From contig NC_068988.1 in NCBI RefSeq assembly GCF_001194135.2, forward strand, positions 61,131,563 to 61,180,177: 48,615 bases of DNA. The letters are read 5' to 3'. Positions 1 through 13,184 of this stretch are shown piece after piece (position 1 is the first letter of the stretch; the number at the start of each line of letters is the position of its first letter). The notes under the pieces are model-generated. The model ran no database searches, was not told where the DNA came from, and saw only the letters and a list, made by a program, of their open reading frames with translations. Source of the stretch: Octopus bimaculoides. Lineage: Eukaryota. The translations under genes and the position numbers were made by a program.

Positions 1-63
<63 letters not shown>
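1..63. repeat. (ATT)n microsatellite, truncated by the window start
   Basis: Pure attattatt... tract. Confidence 0.98.
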
Positions 64-65
<2 letters not shown>

Positions 66-522
66 GAATCTCACTATTTGTGCTAACGTTATCTTTTCTA
101 TCTTTCAAGTGTTCTATTTCTGTGTTTTATATCTGCTTTCGGATTTGAGAATGTTGCACCTTTTTAAATACATTAGTCTTTTGGGTTTCAACGTTACACT
201 TCGAACAGAGTTATTTGTTCTCTAAATGTTATAGCAAAATATTCTTGTAGTTACCTTTATGGGATGGGGGCTAGATTGCAAATCTAAAAAATGCATGTAA
301 TATAGAAGCTTTTCTCTCTGAGGTCCATTGTAGCCTACTTTATTTCATATGCAGGATCTAAGGAGCAATCAGTGATTCTATATTTAGCTGGCTATCATTT
401 TAAGTGCATATCGGATTTTTCTTTTTCTTTTTGTTGGCAATGCGGAATCTTTTACACTCCATCTTACAATGGGTTTATAGAACAGATTCAAAGCATGCAT
501 TTGCTGTTTAAGTTTCGGTTCT

Positions 523-830
523 ATCTTTTATCTATTATCTGTTTCAGTTATTGAACTCTGGTCATGCTGGGGTACTGCCTTACAGTCCCAGTCACACAAA
601 TTCACATTAGTTCTTATTTTGAAGTTCGGTACATATTATCTCGCTTTCTTTTGCTGAACCGCTAATTCACTTGGACCTGAACAATTAAACATCGGGTGTC
701 GAATAATGTGTGAGTCAAGCACAGATATAAAGAAACTCTCTTTCTCTCACGCACGCGGGCAGACACACGCATACATACACGCAAGCGCACAGACACACAC
801 ACACACTTACACATAGAAATATCTGTGTAT
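523..830 (-). mobile_element. SINE family B copy (decayed)
   Basis: Plus strand 'atcttttatctattatctgtttcagttattgaactctggtcatgctggggtactgcctt...gctgaaccgctaattc...catcgggtgtcgaa' is the reverse complement of the 3' half of the copy at 43946-44377 ('tagcggttcc...ggcagtgccccaccatggctgcagtctaatgactgaaacaagtaaagaata'). Confidence 0.7.
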
Positions 831-893
831 ATAATCAGTGATTTATAATAATAAACACTTCTGTCAGGATTTCATTTTTATTATCATAATAAA

Positions 894-1323
894 AAGGCGG
901 CGAGCTAGCAGAAGGATTAGCACGTCGGGCGAAATGCTTAGCAATATTTCGTCTGTCTTTGCGTTCTGAGTTCAAATTCCTTCGAGGTCGACTTTGCCTT
1001 TCGGGGTCGATAAATTAAGTACCAGTTGCGTACTGTGATCAATCTAAACGACTGGACCCCCTCCCCCAACATTTTAGTCCTTTTTCCTAGAGTAGAAAAG
1101 ATTATTATTATTATTATTATTATTGTAAACAGGTGGTGAGCTGGTAAAATCCTTTGCTCGCTAGGCGAAATGTTTAGCGGTATTTCGCCCGCTGGTATGT
1201 TCTGAGTTCAAATTCCACCTTTCATCCTTTTGGGGTCGATGTAATCGACTCATCCACCCCCTCCCCAAATTGCAGCGCTTATGGTGAGATTTGATAGTAT
1301 TATTATTATCATTATTATTATTA
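894..1323 (+). mobile_element. Two head-to-tail copies of tRNA-derived SINE family A (894-1124, 1131-1323)
   Basis: Head 'aaggcggcgagctagcagaaggattagcac' (A-box-like), 'ctgagttcaaattcc' (B-box-like), body 'gtcgactttgcc...ggggtcgataaattaagtaccagttg', (ATT)n tails. Copy 1 closely matches the reverse complement of 43473-43701. Confidence 0.9.
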
Positions 1324-2307
1324 TAGAGTATTTACATATGCATACACTTTATACTATCTGTCGCTCGCTGGTCATTAGAATATTTTAGATACTGAGGTGG
1401 ATTCCAGGAAGTGTATTGCACCCCTTCATAGAAAATGTGTATGAAGCATTGTTGAAAGAGTTAAATATTATTGGCCAGTTTAACAACCACAGATTTACGG
1501 CCAGTGATTCAATTAACACAATGTGTACAATCAAATAACTCACTGCAAGTCATTTCCCAACGAGCTCAAAACTCCGTAATTATCTCCTATATTTTCAGCA
1601 ACCGTCAGTTTAGGGACGTTATCGTAAGGGTAATAGAAATGCATGGCAATAATATAGTTCTTCTCAACAAATTAAATAAAGACAGAGAGAAAGTTTGGCA
1701 TTAATCCAATGAACAGGTCACCAATTATTCCAAATGTTCAGATAATAATTATTAACTTGTTCCTTTATGGAATTCAAGTGACAAATTAGAAGAATGTCGA
1801 AGTGTGGTTGAATCAGTACTGTATCGCGCTGGCTGGTCTGCTGGCCTATGACTCTATAGTTTTGTATGTATCACGTTGTTAATAAAGCGATCTACCCATT
1901 GCCAAAACAGTTTAACCTAAACAGCCACACAAACACACACCGACCACATAACCTGATGCTCTGCAGCATACTACTATCAAATGCAGCTGATGCAGTAATG
2001 CATAAATGCAATTAGATTCAGATATAATATACAGCAAGACACGCTGGAATGGAATAGACTTCCATGGGGTACCTGTGTACTTGGATACATTCCATGAGAT
2101 GAAGGTTCTAAATTTGATTCTTCCGTTTGGGCGATGTTTAATAAGAGGTCTACTCTGATCGGGTACTTAGGGTAAAAAAGAAAACAGCTCTGTGACTATC
2201 TCATCACTTTGGAAGTTACTGTGGCCACATTATGCAAAGTGTGCTAACTTAAAGACGGCATTTAATTATTGGAGCAATGTATAGTTATTATAATTTGGAT
2301 TTTGACT

Positions 2308-2528
2308 AAAGCGACAAGCTTGCAGAATCGTTATCAGGCCGGAGAAAATGCTTAGTAGTAATTGTCAGTAGTTATATTCAAAGTTCAAATCATACTGAAG
2401 TCAGCTTTGGCTTTAATCTATTCGGGTTCGATAAACGAAGTACCAGTTGCCAACTGAGGTTGATGTAATTGAATTCTCCGTCTCCTACGGAATTTAAGAG
2501 CGTGCGTATGCACTAGAAATGATTATTA
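2308..2528 (+). mobile_element. SINE family A copy (decayed)
   Basis: 'gcgacaagcttgcagaatcgtta...aagttcaaat...gggttcgataaacgaagtaccagttg...ctagaaatgattatta'. Confidence 0.8.
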
Positions 2529-2581
2529 GAAGATGTAATCAATCTCGTACAGGTCCATTATTCACTTCTTTGAGTGTAATA

Positions 2582-3125
2582 CCCGTTTCTAATTTGGGCA
2601 CAAGGCTGGTGATTTTGGGGGAGGCGTTTACTTGGCTACACTGGCCTCTCTATTTGAAGGGTGAAAGGTAAGCTTAGCTGGAATTGAACCCAGAACTTAA
2701 ACATCAGTCGCAAATAACCAGAAGTAATAAATAAAGCAGCAGGTGAGCATTGGAGACGACGTATTTGACACCCAACGCACCCCGAAATTTCAGGGATAGG
2801 AAATTAGAATACATCTATCCAGTAGTGTACTGGTACTTATTTTATCGATCTCGAATTATTGAAAGGCAAAATTTGACCTCAGCAGATATTGAACGTGAAG
2901 GCAGACGGAATGTCGCTAACCATTCTGTCTGGCGTGCTGTTGGTTCTGTCAGCTTGAAGTCTTTGAAATAATCCTTTCTATTATAGGCAACTTTTGGAGG
3001 GTGGGGTAATTTAATTGCATCGAAGCCAGTGCTTAAATGAGACTTATTTTTCGAATCCGAACCGATGAATGTCAAAGTTGAACTCGGCGGAATTTGGAGG
3101 CAGAACTTGAGGACAAAAGAAATGA
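2582..3125 (-). mobile_element. Three decayed SINE family A copies in tandem (about 2582-2750, 2770-2945, 2968-3125)
   Basis: Reverse-complement motifs 'gggcacaaggc', 'ggtacttatttatcgatc...gaaaggcaaa', 'cggcggaatttg'. Confidence 0.7.
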
Positions 3126-4039
3126 CTTGTAATATGTTATATAAGATTGTCCAACTGTGGACTGGAATTTGCATTATGTTTGCTTTAATATAAATCGATA
3201 AGATACAGAGAACTATCAGACAACAGAAACACGTCTTGCAATTTTATTTGCTGGAAAACTTTAATTAAAGATATACAATTCTCCATTCTTTATATATATA
3301 TATGTATATATATGTATATATAATTTCATAAGTCTACACCAAAAATGATTTATGGTATTTTCATACGTACAACTTTGCGAAGACGTATTTGGCTTTATAC
3401 GTTTGAATGTTGTATGTACCGTATTTGATAATCGAATTTCAAGTATGACACATCAGAAGACCATAAGTAACATGCGAACAAAATGATATTGTGTTATATT
3501 CTATTCTTGCTATATAGCAAAGCCGATATCTCGTCTACTCTTTACATTTGTTATAGTGTCGTCTCTTTAGTGGCTATCTCTCATTTCATATCTTACACTT
3601 CCTAACTACGGGTAACTATTCAGTTTCTGTTCATAAATTTCTACACACTCCATGTCATACATACATACATGTATATATTCATGGCTGTTGAAGTGCCTAC
3701 ATCTCGCAAAAATACCTACTACCTTAATTGCTGCTGTAGAAAAACTCACAAAGACATGGGCACCATAAATGCTTTCCCAAATAAAATTCTACTTTGTTCC
3801 TGAACCTCCAACGAAGCTGTAATATGATACACAAGCACTCAGTTATGATCGCATTGCATCAGATAGCAGAAACAGCTGTAAGTTAATGAAGTTTGTTATG
3901 GCAATTTCCCGTTAACTAGTCATTTACATAATTTTTTGGTACATTCTCCACTCGACTAAAGCTTTTTTGAGTTCTAACACCAGGTTATTAGCATCACTAT
4001 GCATACCTACATATATGCCCCTATACATATATGTGTAAA

Positions 4040-4320
4040 TATGTGTGTGCGTGCGTGCGTATTTGTGTGTGTGTGTGTGTGTGAATGTGTTGCTATGTGT
4101 CTATGTATGTGTTTATATTTGTTCCCTACCAGCTCAATACATCTGTTATTGGTTTGTATATGTTTTCTTTAAGTTAGCGGTTACTTATTGGATGAAATGA
4201 ATAGCACATTTTGTAAACACTTTGGTCAATTCGTCCGACTTAACCTTTCAAAGAGGTGCTCAGTATGATCACACTGCATGGGGTCCAACGACTGAAACGA
4301 GTAGAAGATAAACAATAAAA
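4040..4320 (+). mobile_element. SINE family B, decayed 3' part after a (GT)n tract
   Basis: 'aagttagcggtt...ggtcaattcgtccgact...gaggtgctcagtatg...acgactgaaacgagtagaagataaa' matches the 3' end of 43946-44377. Confidence 0.55.
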
Positions 4321-5129
4321 AAAATATGTAGGGAGAGACAGAGGGGGGAGAAAGAGAGAGAAGAGAGAATGGATGAGAGAGAGAGAGAGAGAGGTGGAGA
4401 AGAAGAAGGACCAGAACCAAGTGATATATCTATATACCCGAACCAAGGTTCTAGCGTTTGTTCAGATTCTATCTTCTATTTCTTCATGCTATTCTTTCAA
4501 GATTAGCTAACGGCGACAACTTAATGAATGTTTATGGAATATAATGTTTCTTTTTTATAGTTAAAATTCTTTCCTTAGCAAATCAATTTTATCCATACCA
4601 CATAATGTCTCTTACAATTCGCATATACCCCAATAATTACATATATGTACTCTAACCTATATAATCATTCCTTGATATATCTACACTGAGTTTTTCCCCC
4701 TCAAATAAAACCGGAACACAAATCACTTGAAGATATTTTATATAATAATCATAGGTGTTAAGATTCTGTATAATTAGGTGAAGTTTTTTTTATTGCAGTC
4801 TGTAGTTATTCGTCGCATGTTTTCTCCCAATTAACTCCTTAATGATGTGTTTATAGATGTTTAAATCTAACCTATACATTAAAACTTTCGTTCAGCATAT
4901 TTTTGTTGATGTTTATATTTATATAAATGTTTGTCCATTTTATTTACTTGGTTGCTTTCGTATCTGCTTCTTCCCGACCGCAATGTTTCTCTCCTTTAGT
5001 CATATTTACACATACACCCATTTTCACAAATAATCATGCATCCGCTCACACACGCATACACAGACATACACACTCACACACAAACACACATATATGTGGA
5101 ACCATATAGATGCAAATGAGTTGGTACAT

Positions 5130-5285
5130 CGCTGAGCGACCCACTAAAAATGACAACCAAATCTTATCCCTCAGTTCATCACTTATAATTTAGGAAAAGG
5201 GCGTCTTGGATAATTTGGTCACTGATCCTCTACAGGGAGAAAAATGAAGGTCACTCGGAGCTAAATAATAACAAAGCAACAAACA
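5130..5285 (+). mobile_element. Short repeat family C (related pieces at about 8700-8830 and 32195-32300)
   Basis: Shared motif: 'aaaatgacaaccaaatc' (5147), 'gctataaatagcagccacatc' (8720), 'gcttgaaatagcaaccaaatt' (32224). This copy ends in 'ggagctaaataataacaaagcaacaa', a CAA-type tail. Confidence 0.4.
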
Positions 5286-5414
5286 CGCATGTACACAAAC
5301 ACGTACGCATACACACACACCGAGGTTGGGATTCGCTACGATAATATAGCCCTTGATATATTATGCTTGGGAAACAACTTACGGACGCAAATGTTTGTAA
5401 TATTTCCCGACATT

Positions 5415-5635
5415 AGGTCGATGAGCTGGCAGAATCGTCAGCACGCCGGATAAAATGCTTGGCAGCATTTCGTCCGTCTTTACTTTCAGAGTTCAAATCC
5501 TGCCGAGATCGACTTTGCCATTAATCCTTTTTGGAGTCGATAAAACTAGTACCTTGTGCGGATTGGGGCCGACGTAATCGACTTACCTCATCCCCCGAAC
5601 TTGCTGGCCTTATACCAAAATTTGAAACCAATATT
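5415..5635 (+). mobile_element. SINE family A copy (tail type 'ccaaaatttgaaacc')
   Basis: 'gatgagctggcagaatcgtcagcacgccgg...cagagttcaaatcc...gtcgataaaactagtacc...ggccttataccaaaatttgaaaccaatatt'. Confidence 0.88.
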
Positions 5636-7251
5636 TTGCCCCCACAACTTGAAGGACTTGCTTGGGGCTGACTGGCACATAAACGTCAACCACAAAATCA
5701 TATAGAATCCTCCATTGGTCTAAGTAAAAGATGTCATAACTAAATCATATGTCTTTTTCCTTCTTCTTTGAAGTTCATGTATGCGTTGTTGTTGCTGCTT
5801 ATTGCTGATGTGTGCACCTAGATTAGTCTTTATCAAACAATCCTTCAGACATTGATTACAAGTAGTGTATTGGTCTATTCATATCCACATTGGGATATAT
5901 CGTAGGTTAACTACCATTCATTTCCAGAATGAAAGGGACTTTGTGTAGCCTTCGACAACCTTCTCTTAATACAGTAAAGCCACTTGACATAGAAAGGTAC
6001 AGGGCCATAGAGGAAAGAGAGGAAGAGACGTAGAGAGAAAAAAGGAGAGCGAGAGCGAAAAAATCGATCTCAGCGTTTAACTGGTACTTTACACAAAATC
6101 AACTACATATGATAGGAGGATGGGTGAAGGGATAATAGATAGATAAACAGTAAAATGTATAGACAATTAGACAAATAGAAAATAGACATGCAGGTAGATA
6201 AATAGAGACCTAACAGACAGATAGATAAGTATATAGATGGTTAAGAAAGTTAAGTCTTTGATTGATATGATGGTAAATTCAGAGAAAGCACATGACGTTT
6301 TCAGTAATAGAAATATAATAGAAATGTCACAAAAGACTCTAGATGCATCGACGATTTACTGAAAGAAAAAAAAATGTGTCTGAAATGATAAATGCATCCT
6401 GTTCGAGTTTGAACTCGGATGAGTAAGACATTCATATCGTAATTTACAAACGCTTGGTACCACCCAATATTTACGTAACACTATCTCGATATTAATTGAC
6501 AATTGGACATCTGATTAATCGAGACATTCATTTAAATATAGGCTGCCGAAATGATACGAAAAAGTAATTGTTCTCTTTTATCTCTGAAACTCTTTAAGTG
6601 GCCATTAATATTGCGTAAGTAGATAAATTAATATCCGTTTAAATGAGTATTGTTAATAAGAATGCTCACTCGTATGTATAGATATGCATATGCATATCTC
6701 TTTCCTCCTATCTCTTCATTACATACTTACCTACCTACCAACTTACCTACCTACCTACCTACATACATACATACATACACACACACACATGATTGCATAC
6801 GTACTTACGGACATACTTACATACATATATACATACATACATATGATTGCATGCGTATTTACGTACATACATATAATAAAATAATATACGTACTNNNNNN
6901 NNNNNNNNNNNNNNNNNNNNNNNNNNNNNNNNNNNNNNNNNNNNNNNNNNNNNNNNNNNNNNNNNNNNNNNNNNNNNNNNNNNNNNNNNNNNNNNNNNNN
7001 NNNNNNNNNNNNNNNNNNNNNNNNNNNNNNNNNNNNNNNNNNNNNNNNNNNNNNNNNNNNNNNNNNNNNNNNNNNNNNNNNNNNNNNNNNNNNNNNNNNN
7101 NNNNNNNNNNNNNNNNNNNNNNNNNNNNNNNNNNNNNNNNNNNNNNNNNNNNNNNNNNNNNNNNNNNNNNNNNNNNNNNNNNNNNNNNNNNNNNNNNNNN
7201 NNNNNNNNNNNNNNNNNNNNNNNNNNNNNNNNNNNNNNNNNNNNNNNNNNN

Positions 7252-7284
<33 letters not shown>

Positions 7285-7669
7285 GGATATTTAGGCGTAT
7301 GTAGATACATGAGATTGGAGTGTGCTCAAGCATATATATTCATATCTATTTGTTAGTGAATATATATATGTATGTATAAGTATGTATATGTATGCCACTA
7401 TTTCTATGTATATTCATGTATATCTGATGTGGTAGGTAGCTAGTGGTGAATGAGAGATAAATAGCTTTCAATGTACTTCAATATGTCTAAGAATAGAGAA
7501 AGAATGTTAAAACAATTTATTCAATTGCATTTCCAATAACTGAACAAATTACAGTCGGATTACCCAGACAGTTTTGAAAAGCCTATGTTAAACCTAATAG
7601 TTCATTGTATTAGTACAATTTTGAAACTTTTCATAATTGGGCCTTCACCAGTTATATAATGTATAATCG

Positions 7670-7778
7670 TCTTCTTCTTCTTCTTCTTCTTCTTCTTCTT
7701 CTTCTTCTTCTTCTTCTTCTTCTTCTTCTCCTTCTTCTTCTTCTTCTTCTTCTTCTTCTTCTTCTTCTTCTTCTTCTT

Positions 7779-7842
<64 letters not shown>
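7670..7842. repeat. Compound (CTT)n-(ATT)n microsatellite
   Basis: About 46 CTT units switching in phase to about 11 ATT units at 7809. Confidence 0.98.
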
Positions 7843-7845
<3 letters not shown>

Positions 7846-7949
7846 GAATTACTAGTGGATGTTGTTGATGGTCTGCATTTTTAGCTTACCTTCAAAATCG
7901 GTGACCTTGCTCCTAAATAAAAAGTAATTTTATCATTAACATCATAATT

Positions 7950-8135
7950 AAGGTGTTGAGCCTGCAGATTTGTTAACACGCGTAGGAACATGGTTAGCGG
8001 CATTTCTTCAGGTTTACATTCTGCGCTCAAATTCCGTCAAGTTCAACTTTGCCTGTCATCCTTTCGGTGTCAAAAAAATAAAGCACCATTTGAGCACTGA
8101 CGTCGATGTAATTGCTGGCCTTGTGTTAAAAAATA
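7950..8135 (+). mobile_element. SINE family A copy (decayed)
   Basis: 'aaggtgttgagcctgcaga...gcgctcaaattccgtcaagttcaactttgcctgtcatcctttcgg...gtcgatgtaattgctggccttgtg'. Confidence 0.8.
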
Positions 8136-9199
8136 TCAAAAACTCAGATGAAATCCTTGAAATTTTGCCACTGTTATTCTTTCTGGTTCTACATAAATGC
8201 TTAATAAGGTAGGCTTAAATCGATTCTTCTTATTCTCTTGAAGAAGTGGCAAAATTCAAGGATTTCAGCTAATACAGGATTTGAATTGAAATCGTACAGA
8301 ACTATAAGTAATTGCTATATGACCTTTAGTATTATAATATATCAAATAGTCTCACCGCATCCCTTTTGATTTTGCAAAGGAACATCGAACCATTTCCTGT
8401 TGAGAAAATAAATAAATTTATGTTTGACACATTAGATAATACGGACGATGATTTGGAGGTGTCATTAGAACGGCTTTCTTGCATTTCCAACGAAGAAAAT
8501 GGCTGTGTACAGACATGAAGGGGACAGTTTTCACCATATTTAAAATGCTCCAGCCACGATCTATGTCATGAAGTCATCTTTGTGCTTCTATTATCCGTAA
8601 AGCGTCCAAAGAAGAAAGGATAGAGTTTATTGCCAGTAAATTTAATTTGTTCTGTCTTGTTTCCACAAGAACACAAGCAGTTTATTTTTTCATATACCCT
8701 CTATATAGTTGTTTCACATGCTATAAATAGCAGCCACATCTTCAAATCATACCGTATTCTATTAGAGGTAGGGACACACAGGAAGATTTATTGACGCAAA
8801 TGCAAAAGACGGAATGTTTTAAACTGCAACGCCTTAAATGAACCGCTTCTCAAACGTCGGCCTTTGATCTTATAATATTCTCAACGCCACCCCGTGCCGC
8901 CACGTGAATAAACACTTTAAAAAAGAATTCTATGATGGAATGATTGAGTTACAAACTATCTCTCTGATGTTCGCCACACGCATTAGGGCGTTACGGCTTC
9001 CTTTGAGAAACACGGTTTTGTTTTTTTGGAGATTATAAGGCTTGACCAATTAAGGCATCCTGGCGAAGTTTAAAGAAATACAACGACCATTGCTATATGA
9101 ATTCACTTTTATGCTACTTTACAATTAACATTTCATACTCGCCTTCATTAATATTTACAAAGTAATATTTCAGTAATCACTTTATTTCGAAATCTTATT

Positions 9200-9710
9200 A
9201 AAATTTCTTTCTTTCATAAAAAGAGCTTCGAGCCAAATTGCTAAGTTGTAGCTGTTATTTAACACCAGGATGGCCGAATCAAGCAAACCCATGATGAAAT
9301 GCAGTGCAATGGTAACCCTCACATACCTTTTTATTCTCCTGATATCGCATGTCTAGAGTCACATTATCTAATACATTCTCCTTTCATACCGCCAGAGTTG
9401 TGTTGTGTGATTTGATGGAATCGATTGTGGATGCTGTTTAGAGGTGGTCGAGCGACTGCATACAGGCTCCCTTCGTTAGCTCGTAAGACATTAGAGTATA
9501 AATTCGGAGTGTTTTGATGGCTATTTGTAACACGCAGGTTTAGGGCAGAACGAGTCAAAAACCACTATTGCGGGAAAATGAAATGAAGTAGGGATGCGAA
9601 AGGGAATTATATCATCCAGCAAACTGGAAGACTTTAGTGAGTTTCACCCGAAACTGATGAGATTTTACTCGTTAGGGATGACTTCAACATCTCTTGCATG
9701 GGGAAATACA
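9200..9710 (+). pseudogene. Possible highly decayed mariner transposase C-terminal remnant
   Basis: Translated pieces 'VI*HQDG' (about 9255), 'PHIPFYSPDIA' (9316-9348; cf. mariner PHPPYSPDLAP) and 'LEDFSEFHPKLMRFYSLG...W' (about 9620-9705; cf. mariner C-terminal FF.SK..FY..GI..L..RW). The order is correct but similarity is weak. Confidence 0.35.
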
Positions 9711-10476
9711 AACAATACAAAAAAAAAAGAATGCATGATGTTACATTTAATATTCATTCTATTTTTTTTATATTAAAGTTTAATGCAGATGATAGGAGGT
9801 AAAAATAATAAGAAACCCGCTCCGTAAACACAACGTAGAATACTAAAGATTTAATCCTTTGCTTGTTCAAAGAGATATCACAAGTTTGTCCTAAACGTCC
9901 ATGTCTGTTTACAGACTTTTATTAAACTCTTCGTTTATACACTCTGAGTCATATAAAGTTGTCCTTTCGTAAGTCACCCGTTACTCCGGTGGTTGAATAA
10001 CATTGGGCATGTATATCATATATGATGCATAGACGTCTGGGAAATGAATCCTACACAAGACAGGAGAAGGTTTAAGGGATTTCGAAATTCCATCTTGTCT
10101 TTTCTTTAAATATCAAATGTCTATTTCTACTAGTAATCAGCTTTAATTACTGATATAAAACAACAGGTATACTCCTCTCGTAACCTTGGAAGATTATATG
10201 CAACGCATATAAATCATAACACTTGGTAGTAAACTAAAATTAGAGTTTGATGTACACACATTTACAAATATTGATGCCCAGTTTCATTATGAAGCTGAGA
10301 AAAATTCCCGGATATGTTCAAGATTACTATACTCTCTTGACGAGTGATAATGATATTAGGGATATTAAACCAACACGGTGCTCTGGAGTACGAGTCATAT
10401 CTCGTTTTGTGGGTGAACAATAGATTCGTTCAAAATTTTTCCAGGTACTATTGACCATTTAATATATAAATACATT

Positions 10477-11420
10477 AAGACGACAAGCTGGCGGAGTCGT
10501 TAGCTCGACAGGCAAAATGCTAAGAAACATTTCGTCCGTCTTTATGTTCTGAGTTCGAACTTCGCCGTAGTCGACTTTTCCTTTTATCCCTTTCGTGGTC
10601 GATAAAATAAGTCCCAATTGAGCACTGAAGTTGATGTAATCAAATTTACCCCTCCTCCGAACAAATTTTGGCCAATTTACAAATAGGTTTTAGAACCGCA
10701 TTCTTTGAAAATAACCGAGTTATTTGTGGTAATTTGTATTATTTATGTGGTTAGGCGACGAGTTGGCATAATCGTTAGTCTGTCGGAGAAAATGTTTAAC
10801 TTCATTTCATCTCTCTATACGTTTTGAGGGCGACAATATTTTTCATCTTTTCGGGCGCTATGAAATACGTACCTGTTGCACACTGGGGTTGATTTAATCG
10901 ACTAACTCCTCCCCACAAATTTCAGGCCTAATGCTTGTGATAGAAAAGTTTATTTACTATAGAAAATATTATTTATGAAGGTTAAGGCGGCGACTAGCTG
11001 AATCGTTGAAAGGCATTGTCGACCTCAGAACGTATAGACAGACGAAATTTCACCGATATCGACGTCGCATTTTATCATCTCTAGTTCAGTAAAATAAATT
11101 CCAGTTTAGCACTGGGTTCAAAGTAATCAACTAATTTGTCCTCCTAAAATCGCTGGCCAAAATTTGAAATCGTTATTTCTCTGGAAGTGAACTGCAAAAA
11201 TCGCTAGAACAATAGAAGAAATCATTTGTGATGCTACATCTAACCATTTAAGCAGTGAATTCAATTTCCGTCGGCGTCAGCTTCGCATTTCAGTCTTTCA
11301 AGATCGTAAAAAACCTAGAGTACCAGTCAAGTAGTGCTGTCAATGCTATTAACCATGACCTTACCCTCGAAACAGCTGGCCGTGTCTCTGATTGTGAAAC
11401 CACCATTGAGGGTATTTTTG
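10477..11420 (+). mobile_element. Cluster of four decayed or partial SINE family A copies
   Basis: Heads at about 10477 ('aagacgacaagctggcggagtcgttagc'), 10752 ('taggcgacgagttggcataatcgttag') and 10984 ('aaggcggcgactagctgaatcgttg'), plus a body fragment at about 11255-11400. Confidence 0.75.
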
Positions 11421-11892
11421 TTTTAACCAAGATCACACCAAATGGAAAAAGCTTATAATTAAATGCTCTCCTATAGTAAACAACCCGCGTTTCTAAATTT
11501 TTCCAGGCACAGTATATCTACAACTATATTATACAATGTGTCATACTGCTGTAAAGAACTTCAATTCATTCATATTCGTATTTTCTCCCTAGGGCATTAA
11601 TAATCAGGTGACGGAATTTAAAAATGCTAATATGCATAAGAGATTTCATTCTGGTTCGGAATAATACAAGTAAATATACATAATTTCAGAGAAATCTGAG
11701 AAAGCAAAAATATATAATGTGGAAACAATTCCCATAATTATTTGCTTACTTCGAAGAATTTAAATAATTATTCATTTTGAATCTGGTATATGGGTAACAA
11801 CAAAAGCAACTTCAATTAGTTAAATTGCTCGATTTACAATTCTGTCATTAATATTATATTACTACATAAACACACACAAACACACACACGAC

Positions 11893-11949
<57 letters not shown>

Positions 11950-12070
11950 AATATATACATGCATACATACATACAGACACACACACATACAATATATATG
12001 TATTTATATATGTTGATATATATATATGTGTATATATATTTGTATATCTACATATATAGATATACATATG

Positions 12071-12124
<54 letters not shown>

Positions 12125-12176
12125 NNNNNNNNNNNNNNNNNNNNNNNNNNNNNNNNNNNNNNNNNNNNNNNNNNNN

Positions 12177-12220
<44 letters not shown>

Positions 12221-12226
12221 TATGTG

Positions 12227-12263
<37 letters not shown>

Positions 12264-13112
12264 GTGTGTGTGTATGTATGTGTGTGTCTGTATGTATATT
12301 CATATGTGTGCATTTCTGTGTTAGTATATAAGCATACACATTCATATATTTCATAATTTCTATACGTATCAGTTTATAACGCACGTACACACAAACGAAC
12401 TCGCTCACAAACGCACAGGCACAAGAACACACGTACAACAACATACACACATACATACACATGCATGTGCATGTATGTATCTGTGCACACGCCAGTTGAT
12501 GCGTGCGTACGTATAACCTGACTATGCAACACACGAGCCACTTTTCTCTTATGTAATTTAATTATAAACGTTAAAATTGGACTCGGTTCAAGTATCTGTC
12601 GTTTGGAATTTGTCAATTGTGATTTGCAGAAAAGGCTTTCAAGAATCTAAAAATTGTGGTAGTTGATGATTATATTAGCTGTAAATTTACTACGACTACA
12701 CTTCATGCTGTTGTTGTTGTTTATTCCCAGGTTTGCTCCTGAATGAGTCGTTCTGTGATCCCAGGCGTTCCTGTAGTGTCCACCCATTAAATAAAAAGAG
12801 TCTGTATCACAAACTACGGAAATTAGGTGATTTTTCTGACAGAACGAAACACCACGTAGAAAGTGCTGTATGTTGCAGTTGTTGTAGATATTAATTGTCA
12901 GTGGGCGATGGTGGTCGTATTCATGGCACTGACATTTTTTGTTTTATTCTGTTCTGTTATTAGTGGTGAAGGTGTCGCTGGTGCCGAAAATTCAACTACT
13001 TAAGAGCCGATGTTCCTTACAGCATGATTATGATATTGCTGTCGGCCGATTTCAGAAAGATATCGTTTAATTTAATATCATCATTATCAGCAACAGCAAC
13101 AACGACAACAAC

Positions 13113-13184
<72 letters not shown>

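Noticed and set aside
1390-1850. Possible very old mariner remnant (ORF 1471-1704; 'LRWIPGSVLH', 'HGNNIVLL', 'VEVWLNQY')
   Set aside because: The resemblance to mariner motifs is too faint, with no YSPDL or DE motif, to support a call without an HMM search.
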